Shown: positions 12,271-25,806, numbered from the whole stretch's first letter. The stretch is DNA of 59,999 nt, filler included, from Sphacelaria rigidula (GCA_964200075.2; 5 parts of 5 records of this genome joined end to end with filler, not necessarily neighbours in it), one strand, 5' to 3'. Notes: generated by a model from the letters alone, not told the origin. Numbers and translations are program-made.

Positions 12271-13840
12271 TTACTCGAACTTGTAGTGCTTCTTGATGGC
12301 AGCCCTGACGTCCCACGTGCACTTCATTCCGTCCGGAAACACGCAAATGTCTCCGGCTCCGACCGTAACAGGCTGCCGGTCATCATCCGGCGTAACCGTT
12401 ACATCGCCCTCCAAGATTAGGCAGGTTTCCGTGCCCTGCGGCGAGGGTCACCGATACACGCGGGGCGGAGGAGGGGGGACAATTCTGATAGAGCGCTACT
12501 TCCTATTGTCTAACAGACGCATCTCTTGGGAAAAAGCCTTTCTGAGCCCTTGCGCGACGCTTATCGCCCAAGAACAGGGCCAGGCGGCGTTTAACCCCTT
12601 GAGATGACTTGATTTGCCGTTTGGGCGGGTTCACCGTCACTTTTGCATTTCCGGTAGGCGCATGTCAATTTTTGGCCAAACCATCATCGAAGAAAAGGTC
12701 GATGTTGAGAAAAAGTTCATGGTGCGGATGAGTCAGAGTTCATCCGGGTTGACTTCCCATGAAAGTTGAATGCGACTCATGTACCGCAGAGTCATCCGGA
12801 ATGAATCACGGATCGTGAAGTTGCATGTATACCGCACGAATCACGGACTGGGAATGTGTATACTTCACGTAGTATCAGATGAATCAAGAGAGCAAAATAT
12901 GAACGAATGACACTTACTGTACGAATCTTGGGTGGGAAACACGTGAACTTCCTTCATTTCGTGGGAATCGAAGGTGGGTAATATGTACGTACGATTCATG
13001 CAGCATGACCGGAGATCCGGAAACATGTACGTGTGATTGACCTCGTATGGATGAAAGGTGCAGAACGCGTGCCTATGATTCATGTTGCATGGATAACAGA
13101 GAAGATACACGTACGCTTGATTCATCTCGTATGAATGGAAGGTGGAAAACATGTATATATGATTCATCCTCACAAACGCAAGGTGGGAAACATGTTCATG
13201 AATCACACAATTCATGCTGTATGAATCATAAACTGCAGGATGATAATCCAAACAAAGCACACGCTATCAACGAACGATGAATGTGGATGCTCGTCCTCCT
13301 CATAGTCAACATGACGAGCATTCAATTCAGCTTGGAGCACACTTCGTGCACAAATCAATCCACAGCGATGCCTGTCAAATATACTTGCCTCGTAAGTCCA
13401 GGGGAACTTGGAGACACCGCAGCCCCAAGTGGGCCAGTTTCTTGCGCCAAGCTTTTGGATCTCGTCCTCGCTTGCCTTGGCCACAACCTAAAGTGGATGA
13501 CGATCGAACCAGCAACGGCGGAGCGGCGCCACGTGAACGACCTAGGCTCCATTTACCAACAAGATCTGGCGGTCAGTATTGACAAGCCGGTGTTCACACT
13601 GTAATATTTACACTACTTCAGCGGATGGAGCAACCTGCTTACAGTCCAGCACTGCAATATTTACTCATTTGTTGCTTGCCTCAGTCACTTGCCCATCGCA
13701 GTATGTGGGGAAGCCCAGTCAAGCATAGCACACTTGCCGAGTACAGCGTCTACTAATTGCTGAAACCATGTTTTGCGGTGCCCAAAGCACCCCTTTTAAC
13801 TTCGTGCTGTTCCGGGTACCTTGATTTCTTCCAAACCCAT
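12271..13840 (-). CDS. Cupin_3 / DUF861 (EutQ-like) cupin superfamily protein, ~94 aa
   Basis: Exons 13820-13840, 13389-13487 and 12271-12435 give MGLEEIK|VVAKASEDEIQKLGARNWPTWGCGVSKFPWTYE|GTETCLILEGDVTVTPDDDRQPVTVGAGDICVFPDGMKCTWDVRAAIKKHYKFE*. The WP.W...S.FPW.Y..ETC..LEG.V.V and GD...FP.G..CTW motifs are typical. The second intron has a GC donor. An extra upstream exon is possible (acceptor-like TTCAG at ~13850). Confidence 0.92.
12760..13260. repeat. Degenerate 42-bp tandem array (intronic)
   Basis: GATTCAT-like anchors at 12993, 13035, 13077, 13119 and 13161. Confidence 0.8.
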
Positions 13841-15041
13841 CCTCGTTCCCTGAAGAGAATGCGATAGCGGTCAGGAGGGGAAAGAGATATCCGCGAAGCC
13901 CATGCAGCCGCCGCGGACCCAAAGGCATCAGGAGCACGAGCAGACACGACGCGACGAAGGAGCCAGCACGCGTGCGAAATTGTCCGTTATAAGTCTTGGT
14001 GCTCCTCGCTTCAACGTTTTTGCACATGATGCAGTATCAGCCAACCCCACACGTGATAAGTCAGCAGTCGATAAATTGAATGAACTACCTCATGCTGAGC
14101 TAGCTGCACAGCCACGCACTGTGCGCGCAGGCAGGGTGTTTCACAAAGCAGCAGGTTTCAACCTTCGAACACGGAATCTGCGGTCAGAATTTGGCTGTTG
14201 CGCAGATGAAGCCAGGGCGATTTCAGAATGGCAGATGCAACGGTGTAGCGGCTTCTTGGATATGAATGCCGACTTCAACATACTGTACTGCGGCCATTTC
14301 TCTGGAGGCCAAAACGTCATTTTCCGCCACTTTCCTTCATTTCTCATGTTGCATGGGGGCATTTTATGCAACATGAATTGTCACCGTTATTAATTTCACG
14401 TTCATTAGCAATGATGGACGTGAACCGCTAGCTTCGAAACCTTCGAGGTCTGAGGGATTCAGCCTGCAGTCGTGGCCTCAGGGATTCAGCCTGTCCTATA
14501 CCCAGCTTGCTCTATCAGTTGCGGGTAAGACTAGTGGCTGAACCACTATCACTAAACCATTTTTTGATGCTCATGATCATTGCAGTCCAGGTACCAAGTT
14601 CTTCTCTTTTCAATCGCAGTGGTGCAAATGGTATTCTCGCTTCCGGCTCTTACGTGTCGCCTGTACTATATTATAGGAAGGCGCCTCTGCATCAATTTCA
14701 GAGTTGCGGTCATCAGTATTTCTGCATACCTGCGACAGCTATTTTGTGCAGTTTTCTCCAATGTTTCCGTGATTTCCTCGGTTTCTTTACACTAGATATG
14801 TTTTTGTAAGCAATTTGGATGTTCGCATCACCCGAAGATGTCAGTTTCGTTCGTATATTTTCTTTCCTGATGACAGTTGATCGCAAACTTTCGGAGGGTT
14901 TGCTGACCTATCCTTCCGGGAGTTGTAAAAAACGTTTTCCTATAAAAAGACTTAGAAACGAAACATTCGGACCCCACCAATCAGCGACCTGCCAGGAATT
15001 CTTTTATTTTACAGGCTGGGTCGGCCAAGGCGCAAATTTGT

Positions 15042-15382
15042 GGTTTACAGACCCCGTCTCACCTCAACTTTTCGAGTGAGACTTCGAAATTTGGTACGGG
15101 GGAAGAACAAGGCATGCTACGCTGTCGCTCGGGACACGCAGTTTTTTTGTTTTCGTAAGTTAATGGCAATCATCAGTATCTAAAAACGCTGTCGCTCGGA
15201 ATTTTTCGTGAGTTATTGGTAATAATCAGCATAAATACTGGTTATTGGTAGCTTTTAACTCACGAAAAAAAAAAACTGCGCGCCCCGAGCGACAGCGGTT
15301 AAGCATGCCCTGTTCTTCCTTCGAACCAAATTTCGAGGTCTAACTCGGAGAATTGAGGTAAGACGAGGCGATTTAAAAACCG
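15042..15382. mobile_element. Palindromic MITE-like element
   Basis: Inverted arms of ~125 bp at 15042-15165 and 15255-15382 (CGTCTCACCTCAA...TCGAAATTTGGT...GCATGCT..CGCTGTCGCTCGGG and its reverse complement). Confidence 0.75.
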
Positions 15383-16252
15383 GGTCGAGCGACATTCGGA
15401 ATAATATTTTTCCAGGCCGTTTACCGGCCCAGGTTTGGTACTTGTGCTTTGAATCTTTGTGCGGGATCTCGCTAGGCCATAGCCAACCAAAAAAAGTGGG
15501 AAAGGTTGATATATATATTTAAATATTCACTTGGTTAGGACGATTTAGTACAGTAAAGACCATATTTTCACGAGAAGGTCTGTGCCTCTCAAAATAAACA
15601 AATAAAAAAGGGCCCACTTTTATTTTTCTTCGGCATGCCGTTGCAATGCTCCATGATGAGTTTCAAATCTCAATTATTAAACTTGAGCTGAAAAACTGAG
15701 ATGAGGTCCGGAGCATTGTTCACTTTCCCTTACAACTCCCTCCCCCCCCAAAAAAAAATGAATATATACAAGGAAAAACGAAAAATCATGATTTTTCCCT
15801 TCGTTGTGTACTAGCGATTCTCCAAACGAAATGTCAAATCACAACTCTCGAAAACTGAGACGCAACATACAGATCTAGTGCATTAAGTGCCTCTGCTCGA
15901 CATACATTGATTTTAGTGTAAAAACTCATGTGCGTCATATCTCGAGACAGATGATGAGTTAGGGAAAATTAGAGGCATCGATCGTTTCCCCAAGCTCCAG
16001 GGCATGTCCACACCAAAAATCGTCATCATCCGCTGTATACATCGTTCCGGATTTCATATAGACTTTAGTATGGACGCTATCTCCGTACGGTATAGGAATT
16101 ACTAGACATAGGATGTGATCAACGATAAAAAATGGCCCAGACGTTTGAGCATACGGGCACCTTCCCCGTGATCAGACGATCAATACGATATGCAGATCAC
16201 GGCCCAATTCGTCTGTGTCGATGAGATATTGCTTTGAGAGCTTAAATCCGCA

Positions 16253-16273
16253 TCTAGGCCGGCCCAGCTCGTA
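16253..16273 (-). mobile_element. TIR of the same pogo-like family as 11224
   Basis: The reverse complement reads TACGAGCTGGGCCGGCCTAGA, with the TA target at 16272-16273. Confidence 0.65.
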
Positions 16274-16364
16274 GTGATTCGCATTTTTTTTTCTGGCAAA
16301 GCTCAGACACGACCAGAGACGCGTGTTGGCTGTTTTGTTTTGCTGCACTGTCCCTTCGTAGAGC

Positions 16365-16960
16365 CCAGCTTTACCTGTTTTCGCTGGACCCAGCTGTACC
16401 TATTTTCACTGGCTGAGTTACACATTATAACTCAGCGGTACTTATTCCACTGAACGAGTTATGCAGTATGCCTCAGCGATATTGAATTATCATGTTCCAT
16501 TCACATACATTCGTATTAGCTAGGATTGATCGCTGTGATGTGCATCTTTCCCGCTTGAACGAGGTATTATTACAACGTACCTCATGAAGTTTATTCCTGG
16601 ATGAGTTATACAACGTAACTGAGTGGTACACGGGTTACACCTGTTTCCACTGGCCGAGTTTTGGGGTATAACTCAGCGGTACCTAGTCCCCTTGCTGATT
16701 CGTACGGTACAAGTCAGAGGTACCTAACTCCACCGTCTGATTAATTCGGTATAAATCAGCGGTACCTATTTTCACTATTGGGTGATTTATACGGTATAAC
16801 TCAGCAGTTCCTATTCCCACTGGATGGGTTATTCCGTATGACAGCGGTACTTGTTTCCATTGGATGGGCTACATGGTATAACTCAGCAATACCTATTTCG
16901 ACAGGACGGGTTGTTTGGTGTAACTCAGCTGAACCTATTTCCACTGGATCACTTATACCC
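16365..16960. repeat. Degenerate ~41-42-bp tandem array
   Basis: Unit ~ACTCAGCGGTACCTATTTCCACTGGNTGAGTTATACGGTATA, with anchors at 16672, 16713, 16755, 16800, 16840, 16882 and 16924. Confidence 0.85.
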
Positions 16961-19739
16961 CGCACTTGAGGTGACTCATGAGTTGTACGATGTGCGAAAG
17001 CTTTCATCCTGAAGTTTTTCGGACCCGATCCTACAATCACGGTTTGAATTTTTCCGAATCTCTTTCATGTCAACTCGTACGAGTATACTCTTCACTTTTG
17101 CCAACGTTCGAGAAAAGCCTGTACAGCTATTAATAACAGTCAGTCTACTACCATCTGTAGGCACCCCTGCTGTAGTCACTAGGACAACAACAAATGCCAA
17201 CGGTTCCGTACTCTCTGTACAAGAGTTGCATACATTACACTGAAGAGCGTTGGGCGGATAACAAACATTCTCACCACACGAACCGGGTCGCGGCGTCCAA
17301 AACCAGGTGTTGCTGCTGTTGCGAAGTGTTGATCCAAAAACCTGTTACTTGACGAATGAAGCGGCGTGCTGATGGCGACGAAGGCGCTCGATTGGCCGAA
17401 AAAGATCAGAGCAATGATAGCGACAAGGAATGTTTGTGCCGTGATTGCACCCACTCCCGGATGAATGTGCACCATACCTCTAGTAAGGGGTCGGTAGCGT
17501 GCAAGACGATCGGCTATGATCTATCATCGTTCATGTTCACGTCTCGTACCGCAGAAGCATGGTCATTTCAAATACTATAACACTTTGCCTCTTGTCGTTG
17601 TTTTCTGGTTACCTCGCGCCTGCCGATTATTATTTATGACTCGTAAGATGTGGATTATATTATAGTGTCTTCTCCTAGCGATTCCATGATTGCGTACTGA
17701 GATTCAATTTCTCGGCTTTTTTCCCCACCCTATTTGATGTGATGATAGATTCCATCGTTTTTTTCCCAACGTGAGGACAGTAATGTCCGCAGATTGCTAC
17801 CGCAGCGACATGCATCACCAATGAAAATATAAACGATGAATGTCCGTATGCCCGTAACCGTTCTATCTTTCTGCTACGGGTCTGAATGATTGGGCGAATG
17901 CGATGAAAAAATAGCTTGATGGCTTGGGACCTGACCTTCAGCACAGCTTAAGCGAAAGAAATACTGGCGTGTTGTGCTGTTTTGGTGGAGCTATGGGCCG
18001 GCGCACTTGCAGCACGCGGGAGGGGTGAGAAATCGCTTGACATAGCCATGCCATGGGTGTTTATCCCGTCGCGAATAACAACCTCGGTTTTCTTCGCGCT
18101 GTCGGTGTGCTCGATTGGTTGACTTCACCATGAAGACGGTCAGGAAATGAGCGTGGGATGGGTTCAAATGCTATCCTGGGTTTTGTTTTGTCTGTTGCCT
18201 TTTGTGTTCGATCCTTTTGCTCGAAGCCTTTGCGCCATTTGTGATTCCTCGCTGGGTAATAGCGTCAGCGTCTACAGGTTGGCGTGCATTTGTTCATACG
18301 TGGACAGCATGTGAGTCTCTATTTGGCACCCCTTCGTCCGTCTCTCATGCGGAGCAATATTTGTATCGCCACTCGGGTCGGTGTGCATTTTCTCGGCTGT
18401 GAACTCGTGAAGTACGACGTTTTGCGGCTTGTCCGATGCCTGCTGAGACATATCCTCGAGGGACTCAGCTATGATCATAAGATGGATGTTCCAAGTTGAG
18501 AAAACGCAGGCGTTCGGTAGAGAAAAATAAGTGAAAAAGAAAAGAAGATGGAACAAACAAACAGTGAGCTGAAAAAAAAAAAATCATCGGGAAACCGAAT
18601 GAAAAAGAAAAAAGAACGGGGACGAGCTACAGTAAGAATACGAAAGAAGGACGAACACAGCACAGTATAGTACAGTACAACGGCGAGCAGTGAGCCATTT
18701 GATAGAACGATACAGCGTTGGGTATGAAGCATAGTGGCATTACGGGCCACAGGTGGGAAACAGGGTCGCCTTTCCCTTTTCCTTGAGAAAGGAATATATA
18801 TATATATATATATATATTCATCTTCTTTTTCAGTACGGTAGGTGATGGAGTATAACACCCCCTGGGTGAATTTTGTTGAAAAAGCTCGCAATGGCCGCCC
18901 CACCGACCGTTTTCTCGTTGGAGACACCTCGCCTCTGACACCATACAAAGTATCGCAGGAGGGCAGGGCGCTGCTTTTCGACAACATCGGGATAAAAACA
19001 TCTATCAACTATCAACACGTTGAACGCCGAGCCTCATTTCGGTATAATATATCAATACTTCCGGTGATGGACTGTAATAAATGAGAATTGAACAAGTTGC
19101 AGTACAGAGAGAACATCATTGCATGAGTTCCAGAATGTAGATGGCAGTTTACGTACATAAGTACAGCGTTATGCGGACAAACGATACAGAGACCGCTAAT
19201 AAGATGATGGGTGATGGTGACCCCAATCCCACTAGCCTGAGGCCATTGGTTGCCGGTGTTCTTCTAGGGCGATGTGTTAGGAGACAGAGCGTGGACGGTA
19301 GGCCAATGAGGTTCGCGTTTACGGAACACAGGACAATACGCCTTGCGGTGTTTTCCGCCATCGCTCTCGTCCAGTCGAAGTTGCACTGAGGAGTGTCATC
19401 AAGCACTCGCACACAAGCCCGTGACTGCAAAGATTGATAATGCTAATGTTGGATGCATAAATGAGCAAATTTCCTCTGTTCCTCCGTAACCACCGGAGTT
19501 GTCAGATCACTCAAATCGCAAGTAAATGGTCGACCTCCCCATTATGGTTTTAGTTTACTTCCATCTCACACATTTACGCCCGATAACACCCCCTTCCGCG
19601 GAAATTCAGGGTGCCGAACTCCTCACCCACACAGTATGGTGTCTTGAATTTGGCCGAAGTTGCCATTTTTCGCGCACTTTCGGGAGGTTTGATCTCGGGT
19701 CGATCTGAGGCTTTCGGTGCGCTAAGGGTTACCACTCTG

Positions 19740-20800
19740 CAAAAAAGTTCGGGCAATGACTTGTGCCTGGTAGCTTGTACAGACGAAACAGTTGCCGGAA
19801 CCGTTTCCCTTGGCTCCGGTACACTTCGCGTGCTTACGTCCAGATGGGCTCGCCTGCCCGCCCGTGTGATAGCCTGCCATCATTTGGTGTACGGACCAGC
19901 ACCCGCTCAAACAGTTCCAGCCGGCGATAAGGTCACCCTCGTTGCCACCCCCTGAAGCCTGGAACACTGATGTACGGAAACAGTGACGTGGATCATGATT
20001 CCTGATCGCACGTCCTCGGCGAACTCCGGCACAATTCCAGCTACCGAAGGCCGTGAATTGACGATGTGTGTCTCTTCGAAAGCATCAACACCGGACATCG
20101 GTATCGGTACAAGCCCGCAAATATATTTTTATCTTGCCCTCTTTAGACGGGATCGCAGATTACTCACGCCGTGGGCAACCCCAGCGCAACGGCTGAGCAC
20201 ATGCGAGAAGTATCTAGTAGAACCCGGCTTATGAGACGATTATTGTCCTCATAAGCTCAGTATATAGTGGGATATCTCCTGATCGTGCTCCCGACTTGAC
20301 CCCTGATTTTCAATTCACGGCAGGGGTGTAGCACAGTAGGTCTTGGTGGCATTGATAGCCCATGCGTCTTCCATAGCAATAAAGTGCAAGTCCGTGTATC
20401 TCAGTTGGCTTCATCTGAGTGAAAGTATCATCAATTACGTGCACGGTGTTCTGAGCATTGACGGTGCGACCAAAACCATCACCACGAGCAAGATAGTGAA
20501 GACAACGTTTCCGCTGCACATTGCCTCCGTTCTCCAATCCAAGCTCTACGGGCCTCGTACTGCACTAACGATGAACAACCTTGGTGTATCTAGCACTTGA
20601 GATGGGTATAGCGTCATTGGTATACTCTTGGAGTGAGGCTGGATTCTGTCGACCAACCTCTCCTTCGTCTGTGAAAGCCAGCATAACAATGTACAGAGTT
20701 GGATATGGGCTGTGTGCTACTGTAACGCTAAATCAATTTGGATTCGACGTCCCGGTACTTGTAAACCTGGGTAAACTTCCACTCGTATGATGTTTTTTTA
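19740..20800 (-). mobile_element. Possible decayed Copia gag relic
   Basis: Minus-strand broken frames include a zinc-knuckle-like GNGSGNCFVC....IAR near 19750-19810 and gag-like KLPRF...MLAFTDEGEVG upstream. Heavily degenerate. Confidence 0.28.
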
Positions 20801-23208
20801 TCCGCAGCATGGATGGATCCCATCAAACGTTATCCACTGCAATTGTCGTCACTCGCAGAACACGTTCATATATTGTTTCTCCCAACTGACCACGTAGCGC
20901 AGCACATGATTACATTTGATCCCAGCACAGCGACATTCCAACACAACACGCAATCGAATCAGTAGATTCGATACATGACGAAATCACAACATTGTCGGCA
21001 AAAACTAAATGCCAAGTTCGTCGCTACCTCCTCCCAGAATTCCGGCTCAATTTGCCCACTATAGCCCATAAAAGGGCGCTGAGTATGTTATTTTCCCGAA
21101 AGTTTGCGCAACAACAAATATACTTATTTTTAACATACACACTGCACAAAAATGACCTCATTTTTCAACTTGGCGTCTAGAATGTCAGTGATGGAGCTGT
21201 ACTTGGTGCGGCATTTTTTTACTACCTTCTCCTACAACAGTACGAGCTTGGCCAACTGGCAGTGGTTTCTGAATGCTTTTGGGAACGGCTCCACGGTGAT
21301 GGAAATTTAGATCGTCCTCAATGTACCCATTTTTGGGGTGGAGTATCGAGGTTATACCTCAAGTGATACTTTATACCCAGGTATTGCTGAAAGTGCTGAC
21401 CCAATATTTGGGTAAAGTACTTGAGGCCGTACCCGATGTATCCAAACTTTGGGTATGGCAGAGTAAATACTCGGGTATTTTACCCGAGTATGTTGCACAT
21501 GACCTACCCGACCTGCCCTTGAAAATTGTCACTGCTCTGAAAGGTCAAGGAAGGAATCGGCCCGAGCCCGTGAAATAGAGCTTGCATAGACATGTAAAAA
21601 GAGATCGACAGAGTTCCACAGTTTTTCACGCGGACGTGCTGTGATGCGCACGGGTCGAATCTCATTACGATAACCACTTCCACGTAAAATCAAATCGAAT
21701 CGTGGACCGAACAGATAACCTTTTTCATCGTAGATCTTACAAGCCTATCTTGGCACTCCTCAGCCGTCACGCACTGTTTTTGCCGGCTTTTCTGGGCCTG
21801 GGACCTTGTAACAGTATGACGTAGACCTCCAAAGTACTCTTCCGCAAAATGTATGCACGTTACTTCACGTATGTGGGAAGAGCTAGACATCGAACGAGGG
21901 CCAGGCGAAGATATCATCGCGTCCGTGAACAAATCACTCTTTTTACCGAAGGCTTGTGGTGTCAGCTCTGTGCCCCGGTCATTCTCCAGCGATGCCCGTG
22001 TAGGACGCTGGTCGCACCTTTTCGATACGACTTATTTTGGCCCTGCCAAGAGACATGATCGTTGTACTCGTATCGTAACTGTGTCACTCTGGCCGGACCA
22101 GACAAACCCAGGAAACTGTACTGTACCCGCGTCAAACGCCAACCGCAATGCTCCTGCTCTGGATGACTTTGTGTCAATAGGCAGACAGTGTTCGCTGGTT
22201 GGCCGGGGTTGTCGTGTATTGTGGTACAGTTGGCACGAAGTGTTTTTTTGGATACAGAGGCACAGACAGCAAGGCACGCAAGAACAGACAGCTCGACAAT
22301 TCTCTGTCCCGTCTTTGTTACCTCGTGTCGATATTTCCTCCCCAACTGCCATGTCACTCCTCTGCGAGTCACATTTCAGGCACTTCACTGGGTCGTTTAT
22401 ACAGCGTTTATGCAACTGCGCTTGCTTCCTGCCCCCTGAAGAGTATGCGAAGCGCGATTCGTTTCTTGTCCACTAGTAGCACGTTACCGACGGTGCCAAG
22501 CGAAGAAAACGTCGCGTATACAAGCAGCCAAACATGATGATGGTGATGCTGACCTCTCTGCGGTAGATGAAGTTTGGGCAGCATGCATGTTCGCGCCAAA
22601 AATCCGTCACCATATTTCGCACATCAGGAACAGTAAGCGGCAAAACATCAGCTTGATTTTGATGGAAATTGGTGTAACGTGACCCGTACCTGAATATCGG
22701 AGCCCTCACAACGGGTCCAGGACGGGAAGAAATATCTCTGCATGCAGCTGCACTATCGGAATGGCATATTGACATAGTGCACCTCTGTGTACTTCGGGGT
22801 GACGTGGTCGTTACATCTCTCTAAGCAACTTTGAAAGGAATATGGCATTACCTCGTTCCCTTCCCCCTCGAAGGCCTCACCTCGATCCCACTACCGATTT
22901 ACGCGGTTCGTTGCGCGCGTTCTCAGTTCACAGTAGGACCATCCCGGGGCAAGGGGGTGGAGGTGCACCAAATTGTTGCCCCCGTAATAGCCACTTTGAC
23001 ACCCTCCTCGAGGTAGTACAGAGTGCCTGTGATGGTGTTCATGTTAACATTCAGCGACATTTCGGTAGCTTCATGACGCGTCACCACGCGAAAACTATAC
23101 GTTCACACTTGTGTCGATTCCCGTCACACCCATGAACCCCCCCTCTCCTCCGCCCTCCAACCGTGCGATGTCTTGGTATCTTGGTATTTTTCTCGTGTAT
23201 GCGCACAG

Positions 23209-23446
23209 AGCGGCGATATGGTGCAACCCGGACCCGTGCGGCGTGGTGTGCGTGGTCATGACGTACGGGCTGGTAGCCTACGCCCAGTATGCCGTGACGT
23301 TCTGCCTCGTCATGCCGTGGATGGGGGGACGCTCAGTAATGGGGGTACTGCACACGATCGCCTTCAACGTGCTCGCCTGCCTGGCGCACGCGACACACGC
23401 GAGGGCGATGCTTACGGATCCTGGCGCGGTGTCTCGTCACGCTGAG
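23209..23446 (+). CDS. DHHC palmitoyltransferase (ZDHHC3/7-like), N-terminal TM exon
   Basis: CAG acceptor at 23206-23208 and GAG|GTAC donor. Peptide AAIWCNPDPCGVVCVVMTYGLVAYAQYAVTFCLVMPWMGGRSVMGVLHTIAFNVLACLAHATHARAMLTDPGAVSRHAE has the D.CG..C motif, two TM helices and the H.RAMLTDPGAV motif that precedes the DHHC domain. Remaining exons are not in the contig or not identified. Confidence 0.85.
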
Positions 23447-23942
23447 GTACATGGCGCGAAGAAATTATCGCCGGCGCTGCCAGAGTTGGACGGGGGGGAG
23501 AGGGGAATACTCATGATCATGCATGCCCTAGTCATGAGACCATTGGTGGGGGGAAGGAGGCGGGGTACCGTAGAGCAGAGTTGTCCCTGTATGATTTCAG
23601 ACCTCCAACATGATATACCTTCGCCAACATCGTGCGCCTGAGAGGTCTGAGCCCCAAAATTGGAAGTAAGGAGCTGGTGTCTTCTTATCCATAACTACAC
23701 CTACATTCTGAGAACGGGAGGGGGCGAGAGGGGAGTGACGTGTCGAAATCATATGTATTGACCATGGGCCCCTCACAGCCAGCCCTTGTATCAATAACTA
23801 GAGGTGATATTTGGTGCCTCTACTGTCGCGTGTACCTCTTATCTTGTTAGCAGGTGGGCGGGGGGGGGGGGGGGGGGGGGGAAGGAAAGGGAAAAAAAGG
23901 GAACTAGTATGGGAAAAGAATACCCCCGGAAAAAACAATATT

Positions 23943-24042
23943 NNNNNNNNNNNNNNNNNNNNNNNNNNNNNNNNNNNNNNNNNNNNTTAATTAATTAANN
24001 NNNNNNNNNNNNNNNNNNNNNNNNNNNNNNNNNNNNNNNNNN
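23943..24042. other. Artificial contig linker
   Basis: N-run with TTAATTAATTAA. Confidence 0.99.
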
Positions 24043-24233
24043 CAGTCTCCCCCCGTAGGTCTCTGCCCACTCTAGCGATACGCCTTCCTTACAAAAGCTG
24101 TTTTTTCTCCCAGGACCCCAACATTTCGGTGATCGAGATCCGAATTTCTATGGCGTGTAGCATTTGACAATAGCCATCAGTAGATGAAGAAATGGGACCG
24201 TATTTCGAATATTTGGTGTGGATAAGAAGATTT

Positions 24234-25806
24234 CACACCCTGGACAATACAATACGTAATATATATTGCCCCCTCAATATATCGAGGCGTCGGGTGGTCA
24301 AAATATATTGGGCGAGCAATATGATGACACGAGAGAGGGTAAATATATATTGTGCCATCAATATATCAAGGCTCACGACATGCAATCTATATCGACCGAA
24401 CAATATATCACGACACGCGCCACCTCAACACACACATTGGCCGAGTAATATGTTCGTGCAAGAAGGTACCAATATATATTTATCGGGCAATGTATTCGCT
24501 GCCACCCGAGGTCAATATATATTGACGATTCAATATACTTGACACCCGAAGCGCCAATATATATATATCGGGTGGACAATACACGAGGGAACCGACGGTC
24601 ACGACAGATGTTGATCAAGCAAAATATATTGATCTTCAACATGTAGATTGGAAAGTGTACTGGAATTAGTATTGTGGGCAGTTCTTTGTTCGCGGGCGCC
24701 ATTCAAAGACGTATTTTACATGCCGAAAATGCTCAATGTATTCCTCCGCAAGCGTGTTCAATAATATATAATGGCTGCACAATAGCTATCCGATCAGCGT
24801 GCGCAATATATATTGGATAAACAATACTTCTGCATGGTTTGCGTTCAATATATATTACGGTAGCAATATGCTACGCATCGCCTCGACTCAATATATTTTG
24901 ACACTTCAATACATACACGGCCGGCATGCACAATATATATTGACATGCACTACTTCATGATCATGACACGAGCAAGATATGTTGTTGCTTCAATGTCTCC
25001 GAGGACATCTCAACACAAAACATATTGAAAGGATAATATTTGCGCTGGCTCCAATAAAAAGTATTGGTATCACATTGGAACATACTATTTTGTCCAGGGT
25101 ACAAGCAACACAGCCCCGGTGACCACGAGGGTACTAAAAGGCGCATATCGACCCGCGTTTTCTGTTGTGATGTTTAGCCAAGATATTTATATTACATGCT
25201 GGAAAGGGGATGGGCGGCCCCGCAGCGGTGACCAGATAGGTATCAGGAGGCATATATACCGGGTTGCCTCTTCTGTCACCATAATTTCTAACCAATATAC
25301 ATATATATATATATATATATATCGAACGCATTCGACAACTTTCCTCAGTGATGCACGCGAACTTCTGCGACTCCCTTTAAAGCTTTTCCCAATCTGCACG
25401 GGCTCCGGCATCCATCGCATCTTGATCTCTCCTAGAGCGTACACGATACTTATAATATCTAATATATATTGACCAGCCAATACATTGTCACCCACGCAGA
25501 CCCAATATATATTGACCGATCAATATGTTCACATCAATGCGACCCCAATATATATTGGTCGTGCAATATGTCGTCGCCCACGCTGCCCCAATATATACTG
25601 ATGGGACAATATGTGTTCAACCCACTAGTACCAATATATATTGGGTGGGCAATATGTATGCAGTCCCACGACATCAAAATATATTGGGCGCGCAATACAT
25701 GTGCAGTCTAAGGGTACCAATATATATTACACCGGCAATATATCGCAAAATTCCAATATGATCGGCTAATTTATATTGGAAACATATTGTTATGTCCAGG
25801 GTGTGG
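24234..25806. mobile_element. TIR-bounded non-autonomous element(s) with an internal 42-43-bp motif array
   Basis: CACACCCTGGACA at 24234, its reverse complement TGTCCAGGGTGTG at ~25793-25805 and a further TGTCCAGGGT at ~25091. The interior carries about 20 CAATATATATTG-N6-CAATAT units. Confidence 0.75.

Noticed and set aside
12865..13260. 131-aa ORF with 14-aa periodicity
   Set aside because: A by-product of the 42-bp intronic array; the cupin splices cleanly across it.
22842..23012. First exon of the DHHC gene (MALPRSLPP...LLE)
   Set aside because: Its phase-0 donor does not match the phase of the acceptor at 23209, so it was left uncalled.
24257..25780. True CRISPR array
   Set aside because: Eukaryotic context, short degenerate AT-rich repeats, spacers under 20 nt, no cas genes, and transposon-like inverted termini.
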